Assembly: GCA_934119965.1 (NCBI GenBank)
Contig: CAKOTA010000002.1
Span: 37,988 to 101,987 of the forward strand
Reading direction: 5' to 3'
DNA length: 64,000 nucleotides
DNA from: an uncultured Bacilli bacterium
GTDB lineage: Bacteria; Bacillota_I; Bacilli_A; RF39; UBA660
Part shown: piece after piece, positions 48,937 through 56,426 of the stretch
How the letters are laid out: every line of letters begins with the position of its first letter
How positions within the stretch are numbered: position 1 is the first letter of the stretch
Notes under the pieces: generated by a model
What the model was told of the DNA's origin: nothing
The model's database searches: none
What the model saw: the letters and a program-made list of their open reading frames with translations, nothing else
Position numbers and translations under genes: made by a program

Positions 48937-49226
48937 AATGACCTCCTTATTATAACTTATATCAACGTGTCCAACTGTTAAAAATTTGTGTCCTAAGACT
49001 ACTAAAATAAGTCAATTTTTGGTAGTTAGCAATTGACATACATCCTAGCCACAAATTTAATAAATAATACTAAATAATACAATATAAAACTAAATGTTTT
49101 CTAGTAACTTATTTTAACACTTATTCCATAATAAAACAAGGAAACCATATTAGCTTCCATTTATTATTATTTCTATTTCTTGATGTGAAAATAATACTTC
49201 TTTGAAATATTTCATATTCAACCTTT

Positions 49227-49826
49227 TTAATAAAATATACTACGACCAAAATCTTTTACTAAATTTTTTCTTAGATTTATGGAATTCTTTATTTGAGCAT
49301 TTGTTATTTTTTCATTCAATTGTTTTTGTTCTAAATAGTATAGTCTTTCTTTTGCATTAAATAAAACATAGGAATTATATATACTTAATTTTTCATATGG
49401 TTCTTTTTGATGCAATTCTACATACTCTTTTAATTTATCATTAGTTTCTAATTCAGAAATAAATCTAAAAGACAATTCTTGTTCTTCATTCGTTAACCTA
49501 CTTTGAATAAATGATTTTAAGGATGTACGCATAAAGTTTAAAACATAATCATGTTCTTCTTTATTACATTCTTTATTTTTATACTTTAATAGTAATTTTG
49601 ATACTTTAAGTTGCTTTTTTATTCTTAAATATTCATCTAATTCTTCTGTTTCAATTGAGTTAGTATTTTTATTTTCCAATTGTTCTAAAAGTAATATTTC
49701 TTCTGGTTTTAAATAGCTTGTAAATTTTATCCATATATCAAGTGCATTTTTTAAATTTGCATACGAATCACTTATTACTGGATAAGATAAAATTGTACTA
49801 CTATTATTTAGTATAAGTTTTGCCAT
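49227..49826 (-). CDS. hypothetical helical protein (199 aa)
   Basis: Intact ORF with SD GGGAGG, 75 nt downstream of the Ig-like gene. No family recognised. Confidence 0.55.
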   Translation of the reverse strand: MAKLILNNSSTILSYPVISDSYANLKNALDIWIKFTSYLKPEEILLLEQLENKNTNSIETEELDEYLRIKKQLKVSKLLLKYKNKECNKEEHDYVLNFMRTSLKSFIQSRLTNEEQELSFRFISELETNDKLKEYVELHQKEPYEKLSIYNSYVLFNAKERLYYLEQKQLNEKITNAQIKNSINLRKNLVKDFGRSIFY

Positions 49827-49901
49827 AATAACCTCCCTAATTCTATTATATCAAATATAATAACACACAACAATATCTTAACTTTATTGTAACTATAATC
49901 A

Positions 49902-50981
49902 TTATCTTCCAGCAGCAATATATTTTTTTGTTTCATAGAATCCAATTCCATTTGTATAATATAAATGAACATTTCCTACTTTTTCATTTGGATATCCATC
50001 AGCAGATGGTTTTGGTTCTAAATAAGATTGAGCACCATTTCTATGAACCATTTGAGGTCTTCCTGTAACATCAAAATATTCGTCCATATCAGTTTGAACT
50101 CTCCATTCATATAAATCTACTATTGTTCCATCTCCTGGTTCCATTGTTCCATATTTTATATATTGCCAATAAAAATTTGCTTCATATATTGGATAAGTAG
50201 CACCTGGAATATGAGAATTTATTTCGTCTGGAACATAAGTCCATACTTTTTGTTTAATTTCTGAACCATATGCTTTTCCTTCAGCAAATAATTGATCACT
50301 TTTTTTCATCAAATAGTCTGAATCATATTCATCATCTGAATTTAATTGGTCGTCCGAATTATTTTGTGAAGTTGAAGGTGTTTGTTGAATGTTTGAATCA
50401 GTTGGTTTTTCATTATTGCTTTCAATACTATCTGAATTAGTTGGTTCTTCTTTGTTTTCTTTTACTATAATTGTAAAATCCTTTTCGGTTTTATTTTTTG
50501 AAGAATCCTCTGCTACAAATTTAACTTTATATTCACCAGCTTTATTAACCTCATAGTTTCCTTCTATTTTTATTTTTATTTCTTCTTTTGAATTGTCTGT
50601 TACGGTTGCTATTTCAGATAATTTTAATTCATCATTTATATTCAGTTCTATTTTATCATCTGACTTTATTTTTGGTTTTATTGTATCAATAATCTTATAT
50701 TCAATAGTTTGTTTTTTTGTTTTGGTTCTTATTTTATATTTGATATTATATTTGTTTTTTCCAAGTTTACTTGTATCAATATTTTCTTCTTTAATAGTTA
50801 TATTTTTTGCATTTTTTAGTAATTTTGTATTTTTTACTTTAGAATTGACTTCAAATGTAGGATTTTTAATTATTTGTAATTCAGTATTTGATTTTGTATT
50901 TAATAATATACAGATACTGATTGCTAAAACTAGTATTAAAAAACAGATTATTATAATTATTTTTTTCTTTTTCATTTCCAT
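49902..50981 (-). CDS. secreted/anchored protein with Ig-like (DUF5011-type) domain and aromatic-rich C-terminal domain
   Basis: N-terminal anchor KKKKIIIIICFLILVLAISICILL. IIDTIKPKIKS...VTDNSKEEIKIKIEGNYEVNKAGEYKVKFVAEDSSKNKTEKDFTIIV is paralogous to 7547-8461. The C-terminal roughly 170 aa are unrelated to the paralog. Confidence 0.7.
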   Translation of the reverse strand: MEMKKKKIIIIICFLILVLAISICILLNTKSNTELQIIKNPTFEVNSKVKNTKLLKNAKNITIKEENIDTSKLGKNKYNIKYKIRTKTKKQTIEYKIIDTIKPKIKSDDKIELNINDELKLSEIATVTDNSKEEIKIKIEGNYEVNKAGEYKVKFVAEDSSKNKTEKDFTIIVKENKEEPTNSDSIESNNEKPTDSNIQQTPSTSQNNSDDQLNSDDEYDSDYLMKKSDQLFAEGKAYGSEIKQKVWTYVPDEINSHIPGATYPIYEANFYWQYIKYGTMEPGDGTIVDLYEWRVQTDMDEYFDVTGRPQMVHRNGAQSYLEPKPSADGYPNEKVGNVHLYYTNGIGFYETKKYIAAGR

Positions 50982-51007
50982 ACTTCTTTCTAACTTTTAT
51001 TACTTTT

Positions 51008-51036
51008 AATTTAACACTCAAACATTATTTAGTCAA
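51008..51036 (-). promoter_or_regulatory. candidate promoter of the second Ig-like gene
   Basis: Minus strand TTGACT (51031-51036), 17 nt, TGtTAAATT (extended -10; hexamer 51008-13). Confidence 0.4.
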
Positions 51037-51046
51037 TATTTTGATA

Positions 51047-51073
51047 TAAAATAAAAAGACATAAAATGTCTTT
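51047..51073 (-). terminator. hairpin terminator ending the DUF2207-2 transcription unit
   Basis: 8-bp stem AAAGACAT/ATGTCTTT (51055-51062, 51066-51073), 3-nt loop, T-rich flanks on both strands. Confidence 0.5.
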
Positions 51074-51131
51074 CTACTTTTTTAAATATATAAATTTAGG
51101 TACATCATTAATTTCTATTATTGGAATAATT

Positions 51132-51346
51132 TCATTTTCTTTTTTTGACCTTTAATATTTCAAGAATAGATACATTTAAACTTTCAAATAAGATTTCTAA
51201 AAAGAAACATCTGGACATACCATTTCCCTTTACCATTTAGAAACAGCTTTATCCGTTACACCTATAAGGAGTGCTAAACCATCGTGAGTTAATCCTTTTT
51301 CTTTTCTTTTTTCGGATATAAATTTTCCTATTTTTTCATAATTCAT
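51132..51346 (-). pseudogene. XRE-family HTH regulator remnant (stop + frameshifts)
   Basis: Minus strand from ATG 51344-51346: MNYEKIGKFISEKRKEKGLTHDGLALLIGVTDKAVSKW* then, in shifted frames, ..GNGM / PDVSF / LEILFESLNVSILEILK... This is the classic SKWERGNGMPDVSLL.. pattern broken by a TAA and at least 2 frameshifts. Confidence 0.65.
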
Positions 51347-51421
51347 AATTTATTTCCTTTCATAGCATTAGAATACAAAAAAATCGGCTATATTTCAACC
51401 GACTTATCGTAGAATTAATAC

Positions 51422-51796
51422 TTATTTTTTAACTAATCTTTTTGTTTTAGCACAAGAATATGGTTGTAAAGTTTTTTCATCAACAAATAATGAATTTAAT
51501 CCAATTGGGATTGATAGTAGAATATTTTTTCTATTTAATTTTATAATTCTATTTTTATATTCCACTCCTTCAATAAATGTTGAAATTAAATCAAATTCAC
51601 TTGATGTTTTAATTAATATGACTTTTTCTTTATAAAGTTCATAATTCTCACTAATAGATGTAATACTTGTTGGAAAAATATCTTCAATATCACTACAAAT
51701 AAGCATATTATTATTTTTAATTTTAATTTCTGGTGTAATGTTTATATTTCGTTTTGTAACTTTGTAAATATTACCAATAAATATCTGTTGTTTCAT
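51422..51796 (-). CDS. hypothetical protein (124 aa)
   Basis: Intact ORF. Start set at ATG 51796, 6 nt after GGAGA, 16 nt below the upstream stop. No family recognised. Confidence 0.5.
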   Translation of the reverse strand: MKQQIFIGNIYKVTKRNINITPEIKIKNNNMLICSDIEDIFPTSITSISENYELYKEKVILIKTSSEFDLISTFIEGVEYKNRIIKLNRKNILLSIPIGLNSLFVDEKTLQPYSCAKTKRLVKK

Positions 51797-51811
51797 ATAC
51801 ATTCTCCATAT

Positions 51812-52465
51812 CTAAATATATTTCTTTTTACTTTCTTCTAATCTTAATTTTTTTTGTTTTACTTTTTGATATTCTTTGTAAGATGGTGTTTCTTCATAAA
51901 TTTTTCTTACAAAATCTGTGCTACAAGATAATCTATCCGCAACTTTTTTAAAATAATAAATTGTTGGTTCATCCTCCAAAGGATGTAATTCTAAATATTT
52001 TTTTACTCTATCAGTTAAATAAATTGTTTTCATCTCACTTTTTTTCATCAAATTAGTATAATTATAGTAATTTTTAATTAATAAATTATAAATTTTTAAT
52101 TGATTTTCATTTAAAATTGATACATCAAACTGTCCAGAAATAACTCCTAAGATATCAGCAACACTATTAATATCTAAATTATATACACCCATTAGAAAAT
52201 CAAAAGCATTACCTCTAGCACCACAACCAAAACAATAATATAAATGATAACGCTCATCAACAAAAAAATCATGACATGTTGAAGAATTATTATGAAAAGG
52301 ACAAAAATTATAAAAAAACTTATTATTTGGATATACTTTTAATATTGGTTTATTAATATGTAAATTAGAAAAAACTGATTCAACTATTCCTAAAAGGAAA
52401 ATATTTTTTTTAATTGAATACATTATTTCATCAGTATATTTTAAGTTATCAAAATCCCTATTCAT
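51812..52465 (-). CDS. DnaG-type CHC2 zinc-finger domain protein lacking TOPRIM/primase core
   Basis: ...FYNFCPFHNNSSTCHDFFVDERYHLYYCFGCGARGNAFDFLMGVYNL matches the CPFH..(x)..CFGCG..G primase zinc ribbon. The rest (about 120 aa) is helical with no TOPRIM motifs. Start taken as ATG 52465 (the track start is a TTG). Confidence 0.7.
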   Translation of the reverse strand: MNRDFDNLKYTDEIMYSIKKNIFLLGIVESVFSNLHINKPILKVYPNNKFFYNFCPFHNNSSTCHDFFVDERYHLYYCFGCGARGNAFDFLMGVYNLDINSVADILGVISGQFDVSILNENQLKIYNLLIKNYYNYTNLMKKSEMKTIYLTDRVKKYLELHPLEDEPTIYYFKKVADRLSCSTDFVRKIYEETPSYKEYQKVKQKKLRLEESKKKYI

Positions 52466-52525
52466 AAATTTCACTTCGTTTCTATGTATTCTAACATTTT
52501 TTATTAAAAAAAACAACAAAAAAGG

Positions 52526-54904
52526 CTAGAAACGTCCTCCGCCTCCGCCTCCACCGAAAGAACCTCCACCAGATGAGAAGCCGCCTCCGCCTCCGCTTCC
52601 TGATGAATAACCTCCACCACCAGAACTGCTATTTTCAGCTGCATATACACTTCTAGCACTGGCATATGAAGATGTAATAGTTTTAGCAATAGTGTTAGCA
52701 AATCTAAAATTATAATAAATATCTGATGGCATATTTGGATTTTCAATTTCTTCTATTTTCATTACTTTTAAAACTTTTTTTGAACATCCAAATAAAGTTG
52801 CAAATACTAAATACTTTTCCCAAAGCTCTACTTCAGGGACTTCTTTATCTTGAAATGTTCCAAAATCATTTAGAAAATTTTTAATTGCTTTCCATTTTTT
52901 GTATTCAAATGTTCCCTCTTTAGTTCTTTTTTTATTTTTATATAAAACTGTCATTAATACAATAGATAGTATTAAAATTGCTATATATATTTTAAAAGAA
53001 TTGTTATAGAACTTTTGTAATGCTAAAATAGAAAAAATTTTATAAATACTAAGAATGCTAATCAATATATATATAAAAGTAATTAATATCTTCTTTTTAT
53101 CAAAATTTTTGACGAAAAAGTTCTTAATTGATTTATAACCATTATAAAGAATAATATATATAATGTAACCAAAAAATAATATAACCCCTAATATTGGCAC
53201 AATAAATAATAAAATTATAAATATAGTCACAAGGAATGAGTAGTCTTTTCGAGATCTAGCTGTTTTTAATGTTTCATTTTTGTCTGTCTCAAAATATAAA
53301 TTTTCTTTAGCTATATCTAAAGCTTCTTCGTTATATTGTTTCCAATTTCTAATATATGAATCATAATTTTTTCTAGCATATTTTTTTATATCTTTTGTTT
53401 CAATACAACTTTTATTGCCAAATATCAAACTAATAAGTCTTCTATATACTGAAGGAATTTCAATTTTAGAATCATTTAATGTAAGTTTATAATTATTTTT
53501 TGCCAATTTTTCGGCTGTTACAATTTTTCTTCTAACTAAATCTAACATAGAAGCTGATAGAGAATTTTTAGTTATTTTTTTATACATCAAATAAGATACA
53601 GTAGTTGGAAGTTCATCAGTTATTTCACGGTAATATTTTTGATTGAAATCTATTTTAGGATTTGATATATATTTTTTATATGAATACATTCCTAATATAA
53701 TTAAAAATATAATATAAAAAATACCTTTAATATAGTTAATTTGTTCTTGTTTTTTTTCGGCATCTTTTAATATTTCTTCTACCTTGTTTAATTCAAATAA
53801 TAATTCTTGCTTGATTTCATAATTATCTAGAATTAAGATTTTTTCTTGTAAATTTTTATAATTATAATATGTTGGATATCTAAAAGTATATTCTAGTGTT
53901 TCTCTGGCTTCATTTTCTTCTATTGTATCTAGTTCTTTTTTTAGAATCGTTAATTTATTTAACAATTCATTTTTCTTTTCAACATCTGTTATTTTGTTTA
54001 TTGCTTCAAGAGATGAATTATAATTGTATCTTTTTATATTAACTTCGAATTCATTTAATCTAGTTTCTGCTTGATTTATAATTATTTTTTGTTTATTTTG
54101 TCTTTCATAATTTGATTGAGCGGCTTTATTTGTTTCATATAATACTATTTTATCTAAAGCATTAGTATTAGTTGTTTTATTACTTTCATTAATAACATCC
54201 AAATCAAATGTTGCTCTAATATCAATTGCTCTATAACTACTTAATCCATTAATTTGAAATTTTACTGTTTCAGGATTAATTATTTCAATATTTCCATTTA
54301 TAGGACCATGAGCCCATGCTTTAATATTTTGATTGTTTGGAATGTGTAGAATAACTTCTAAATTTGAAATAGATTCTCTAAATTCATTACCAATTATATT
54401 CCATCCTATCTCAGCTATATCATTGTGTCTAATTGCTACATTTTTAATTATATATTTTAAGTAAAAAGCTTTATTTTTTATTGAAGGATTGTAAATTAAA
54501 ATATTTTTTCCATTATTTTTATCAGTTACAGTATATACTCCATAATCTCCTTTTTTAGCTGTTGAAGCAATTTTAAAAATATCTCCATCAATATTATTAA
54601 AATCAAAATTATTTACAATTGGAGTTGCTCTAACTTCTTTTATTTCTAAACCATTGCCGTTATGAATTAAACTACCACCAAAAGAATTCATATTTGGATC
54701 AAATTCGTATAAATCCTCGTTAGCATACTCAATAATTCTCTCAAATCCATTATATTCACCTGTTAAATTGAAATATTCTTGAATTAAAACATCTCCATTA
54801 CTTTGGATAGTTGCATCTATATAATAATTATTTATTCCATAGGCCTTAACTATATTAGGCAACATAATAATCAAGAAAAAAAATACTAACTTAATTTTTT
54901 TCAT
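52526..54904 (-). CDS. DUF2207-type polytopic membrane protein with coiled-coil insertion and Gly-rich tail (paralog of 4004-6007)
   Basis: Signal MKKIKLVFFFLIIMLPNIVKA, DUF2207-like N-domain, a roughly 150-aa heptad-like segment (..LNKLTILKKELDTIEENEARE..ELNKVEEILKDAEKKQEQ), TM, ...TTVSYLMYKKITKNSLSASMLDLVRRKIV..., TM bundle, ...EGTFEYKKWKAIKNFLNDFG..., tail SSGGGGYSSGSGGGGGFSSGGGSFGGGGGGGRF. Confidence 0.8.
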   Translation of the reverse strand: MKKIKLVFFFLIIMLPNIVKAYGINNYYIDATIQSNGDVLIQEYFNLTGEYNGFERIIEYANEDLYEFDPNMNSFGGSLIHNGNGLEIKEVRATPIVNNFDFNNIDGDIFKIASTAKKGDYGVYTVTDKNNGKNILIYNPSIKNKAFYLKYIIKNVAIRHNDIAEIGWNIIGNEFRESISNLEVILHIPNNQNIKAWAHGPINGNIEIINPETVKFQINGLSSYRAIDIRATFDLDVINESNKTTNTNALDKIVLYETNKAAQSNYERQNKQKIIINQAETRLNEFEVNIKRYNYNSSLEAINKITDVEKKNELLNKLTILKKELDTIEENEARETLEYTFRYPTYYNYKNLQEKILILDNYEIKQELLFELNKVEEILKDAEKKQEQINYIKGIFYIIFLIILGMYSYKKYISNPKIDFNQKYYREITDELPTTVSYLMYKKITKNSLSASMLDLVRRKIVTAEKLAKNNYKLTLNDSKIEIPSVYRRLISLIFGNKSCIETKDIKKYARKNYDSYIRNWKQYNEEALDIAKENLYFETDKNETLKTARSRKDYSFLVTIFIILLFIVPILGVILFFGYIIYIILYNGYKSIKNFFVKNFDKKKILITFIYILISILSIYKIFSILALQKFYNNSFKIYIAILILSIVLMTVLYKNKKRTKEGTFEYKKWKAIKNFLNDFGTFQDKEVPEVELWEKYLVFATLFGCSKKVLKVMKIEEIENPNMPSDIYYNFRFANTIAKTITSSYASARSVYAAENSSSGGGGYSSGSGGGGGFSSGGGSFGGGGGGGRF

Positions 54905-55025
54905 AATAATCCTCCTATTTTATATAAAATGTCTAATATAACTATATAGTAAAATATTATAAAAGTAAATACATTAATTACTAACTATGTTATAATATTA
55001 TTACACAATACAAGGAGAAATGAAT

Positions 55026-56321
55026 ATGGAGTTAGTTTTATTGTCTGGTGGATCTGGAAAAAGATTGTGGCCACTATCTAATAATGTTAGAAGTAAACAA
55101 TTTCTAAAAATTTTAAAATACAATGGGAAAATGGAATCTATGGTTCAAAGAATATATAGACAAATCAATGAAACATTGAATAATGTTAATATTACTGTAT
55201 CAACTAGTGAATCTCAAAAAGGAATTTTACAAAAACAATTAGGTAATGATATTAATGTTGTTTGTGAACCTTCTAGAAGAAACACATATCCTGCTATTTT
55301 ACTTAGTGCTGCTTATTTATATTTAGAAAAAAATGTTGATTTAAATGAAGTAATTACCATATTACCAATTGACGCTTATGTTGAAAATGATTATTTTAAA
55401 AATATAGAATTAATGAATACAATTGTCAAAAATAGTGATACTAATATATGTTTAATGGGGATTAAACCAACATATCCTTCTGAGAAATATGGCTATATAT
55501 TAAATAATAATAAAATAGAGTTTAAAGAAAAACCTAACAAAGAATTAGCTATTAAATATATTAATAATAATGCTTTATGGAATTGTGGAGTTTTTTGTAC
55601 TAAACTTAGTTATTTAGTTAATTTATTAAAAAAAGAAATAAATTTTAAAAATTTCGAAGATATTATTAATAATTTTGACCAAATAAAAAAAATATCATTT
55701 GATTATGAAGTAGTAGAAAAAGAAAAAAAAATAAGAGTAATAGAATATGATGGAAATTGGAAAGATCTAGGTACATGGAATACTCTAACAGAAGAAATCA
55801 ATCAAAAAATAGGTAATGCAATTATGGATAATTGTAATAATACTAATATATTAAATGAATTGAATATTCCAATTCTTTCATTAGGAATAAATGATTCAGT
55901 TATAGTCGCTAGTCATGATGGAATATTAGTTTCTAAAAAAGAAAATAGTTCTCTAATAAATAAATATACAGAATTTTTTAATGATAGAGTTAAATATGAA
56001 GAAAGAATATGGGGACGATATATTGTCTTAAATGAAACAAATAATAATTTAGTGAAAACCTTATATATTGATAAAGGAAAAAACATTTCATATCAAAGGC
56101 ATAAATACAGAGATGAAGTATGGACTATTGTTAAAGGTAATGGAATATTCGTATTGGATGATAATGAAAAAAATATTAAACCAAATGATGTCTTATATAT
56201 TCCAAGAATGTCTAAACATAGCATTAAAGCTATTGATGATGTCGAAATTGTTGAAGTACAATTAGGTGAAAAATTTAGTGAAGATGATATTGAAAGATTT
56301 GAATATAACTGGAAAAATTAA
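55026..56321 (+). CDS. manC: mannose-1-phosphate guanylyltransferase with C-terminal type II PMI cupin domain
   Basis: LLSGGSGKRLWPLSNNVRSKQFL N-terminal motif; C-terminal cupin ISYQRHKYRDEVWTIVKGNGIF...IPRMSKHSIKA...IVEVQLG. Start set at ATG 55026, 9 nt after AGGAG. Confidence 0.82.
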   Translation: MELVLLSGGSGKRLWPLSNNVRSKQFLKILKYNGKMESMVQRIYRQINETLNNVNITVSTSESQKGILQKQLGNDINVVCEPSRRNTYPAILLSAAYLYLEKNVDLNEVITILPIDAYVENDYFKNIELMNTIVKNSDTNICLMGIKPTYPSEKYGYILNNNKIEFKEKPNKELAIKYINNNALWNCGVFCTKLSYLVNLLKKEINFKNFEDIINNFDQIKKISFDYEVVEKEKKIRVIEYDGNWKDLGTWNTLTEEINQKIGNAIMDNCNNTNILNELNIPILSLGINDSVIVASHDGILVSKKENSSLINKYTEFFNDRVKYEERIWGRYIVLNETNNNLVKTLYIDKGKNISYQRHKYRDEVWTIVKGNGIFVLDDNEKNIKPNDVLYIPRMSKHSIKAIDDVEIVEVQLGEKFSEDDIERFEYNWKN

Positions 56322-56374
56322 TTTGTTTTTCTGATATATCTAAAATTTATCATTTTTAAAAATAATTAATATTC

Positions 56375-56414
56375 AAAAAACATCGTTTTTCATATATAAA
56401 ACGATGTTTTATTA
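56375..56414. terminator. bidirectional hairpin terminator between convergent manC and noc-like genes
   Basis: 13-bp stem AAAACATCGTTTT/AAAACGATGTTTT (56377-56389, 56398-56410). Confidence 0.7.
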
Positions 56415-56426
56415 TTTCATAATTGG

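Noticed and set aside
48937-49226. A LexA (Cheo box, CGAACnnnnGTTCG) operator, a small RNA, or a 21-aa ORF in the 290-nt spacer upstream of uvrB
   Set aside because: I found no Cheo-box-like sequence. The only features are a 7-bp inverted repeat (GTCAATT-N13-AATTGAC, about 49011-49037), a weak hairpin (GGAAAC..GCTTCC) and one copy of the TTTTAACACTTAT core, which is reported under the 24-nt motif finding. The 21-aa ORF has no support.
52504-52746. 80-aa minus-strand ORF with EAEAEAA repeats overlapping the 3' end of the 792-aa gene
   Set aside because: It is an alternate-frame reading of the same Gly-codon repeat region. The DUF2207 frame has clear family architecture and the alternate frame has none.
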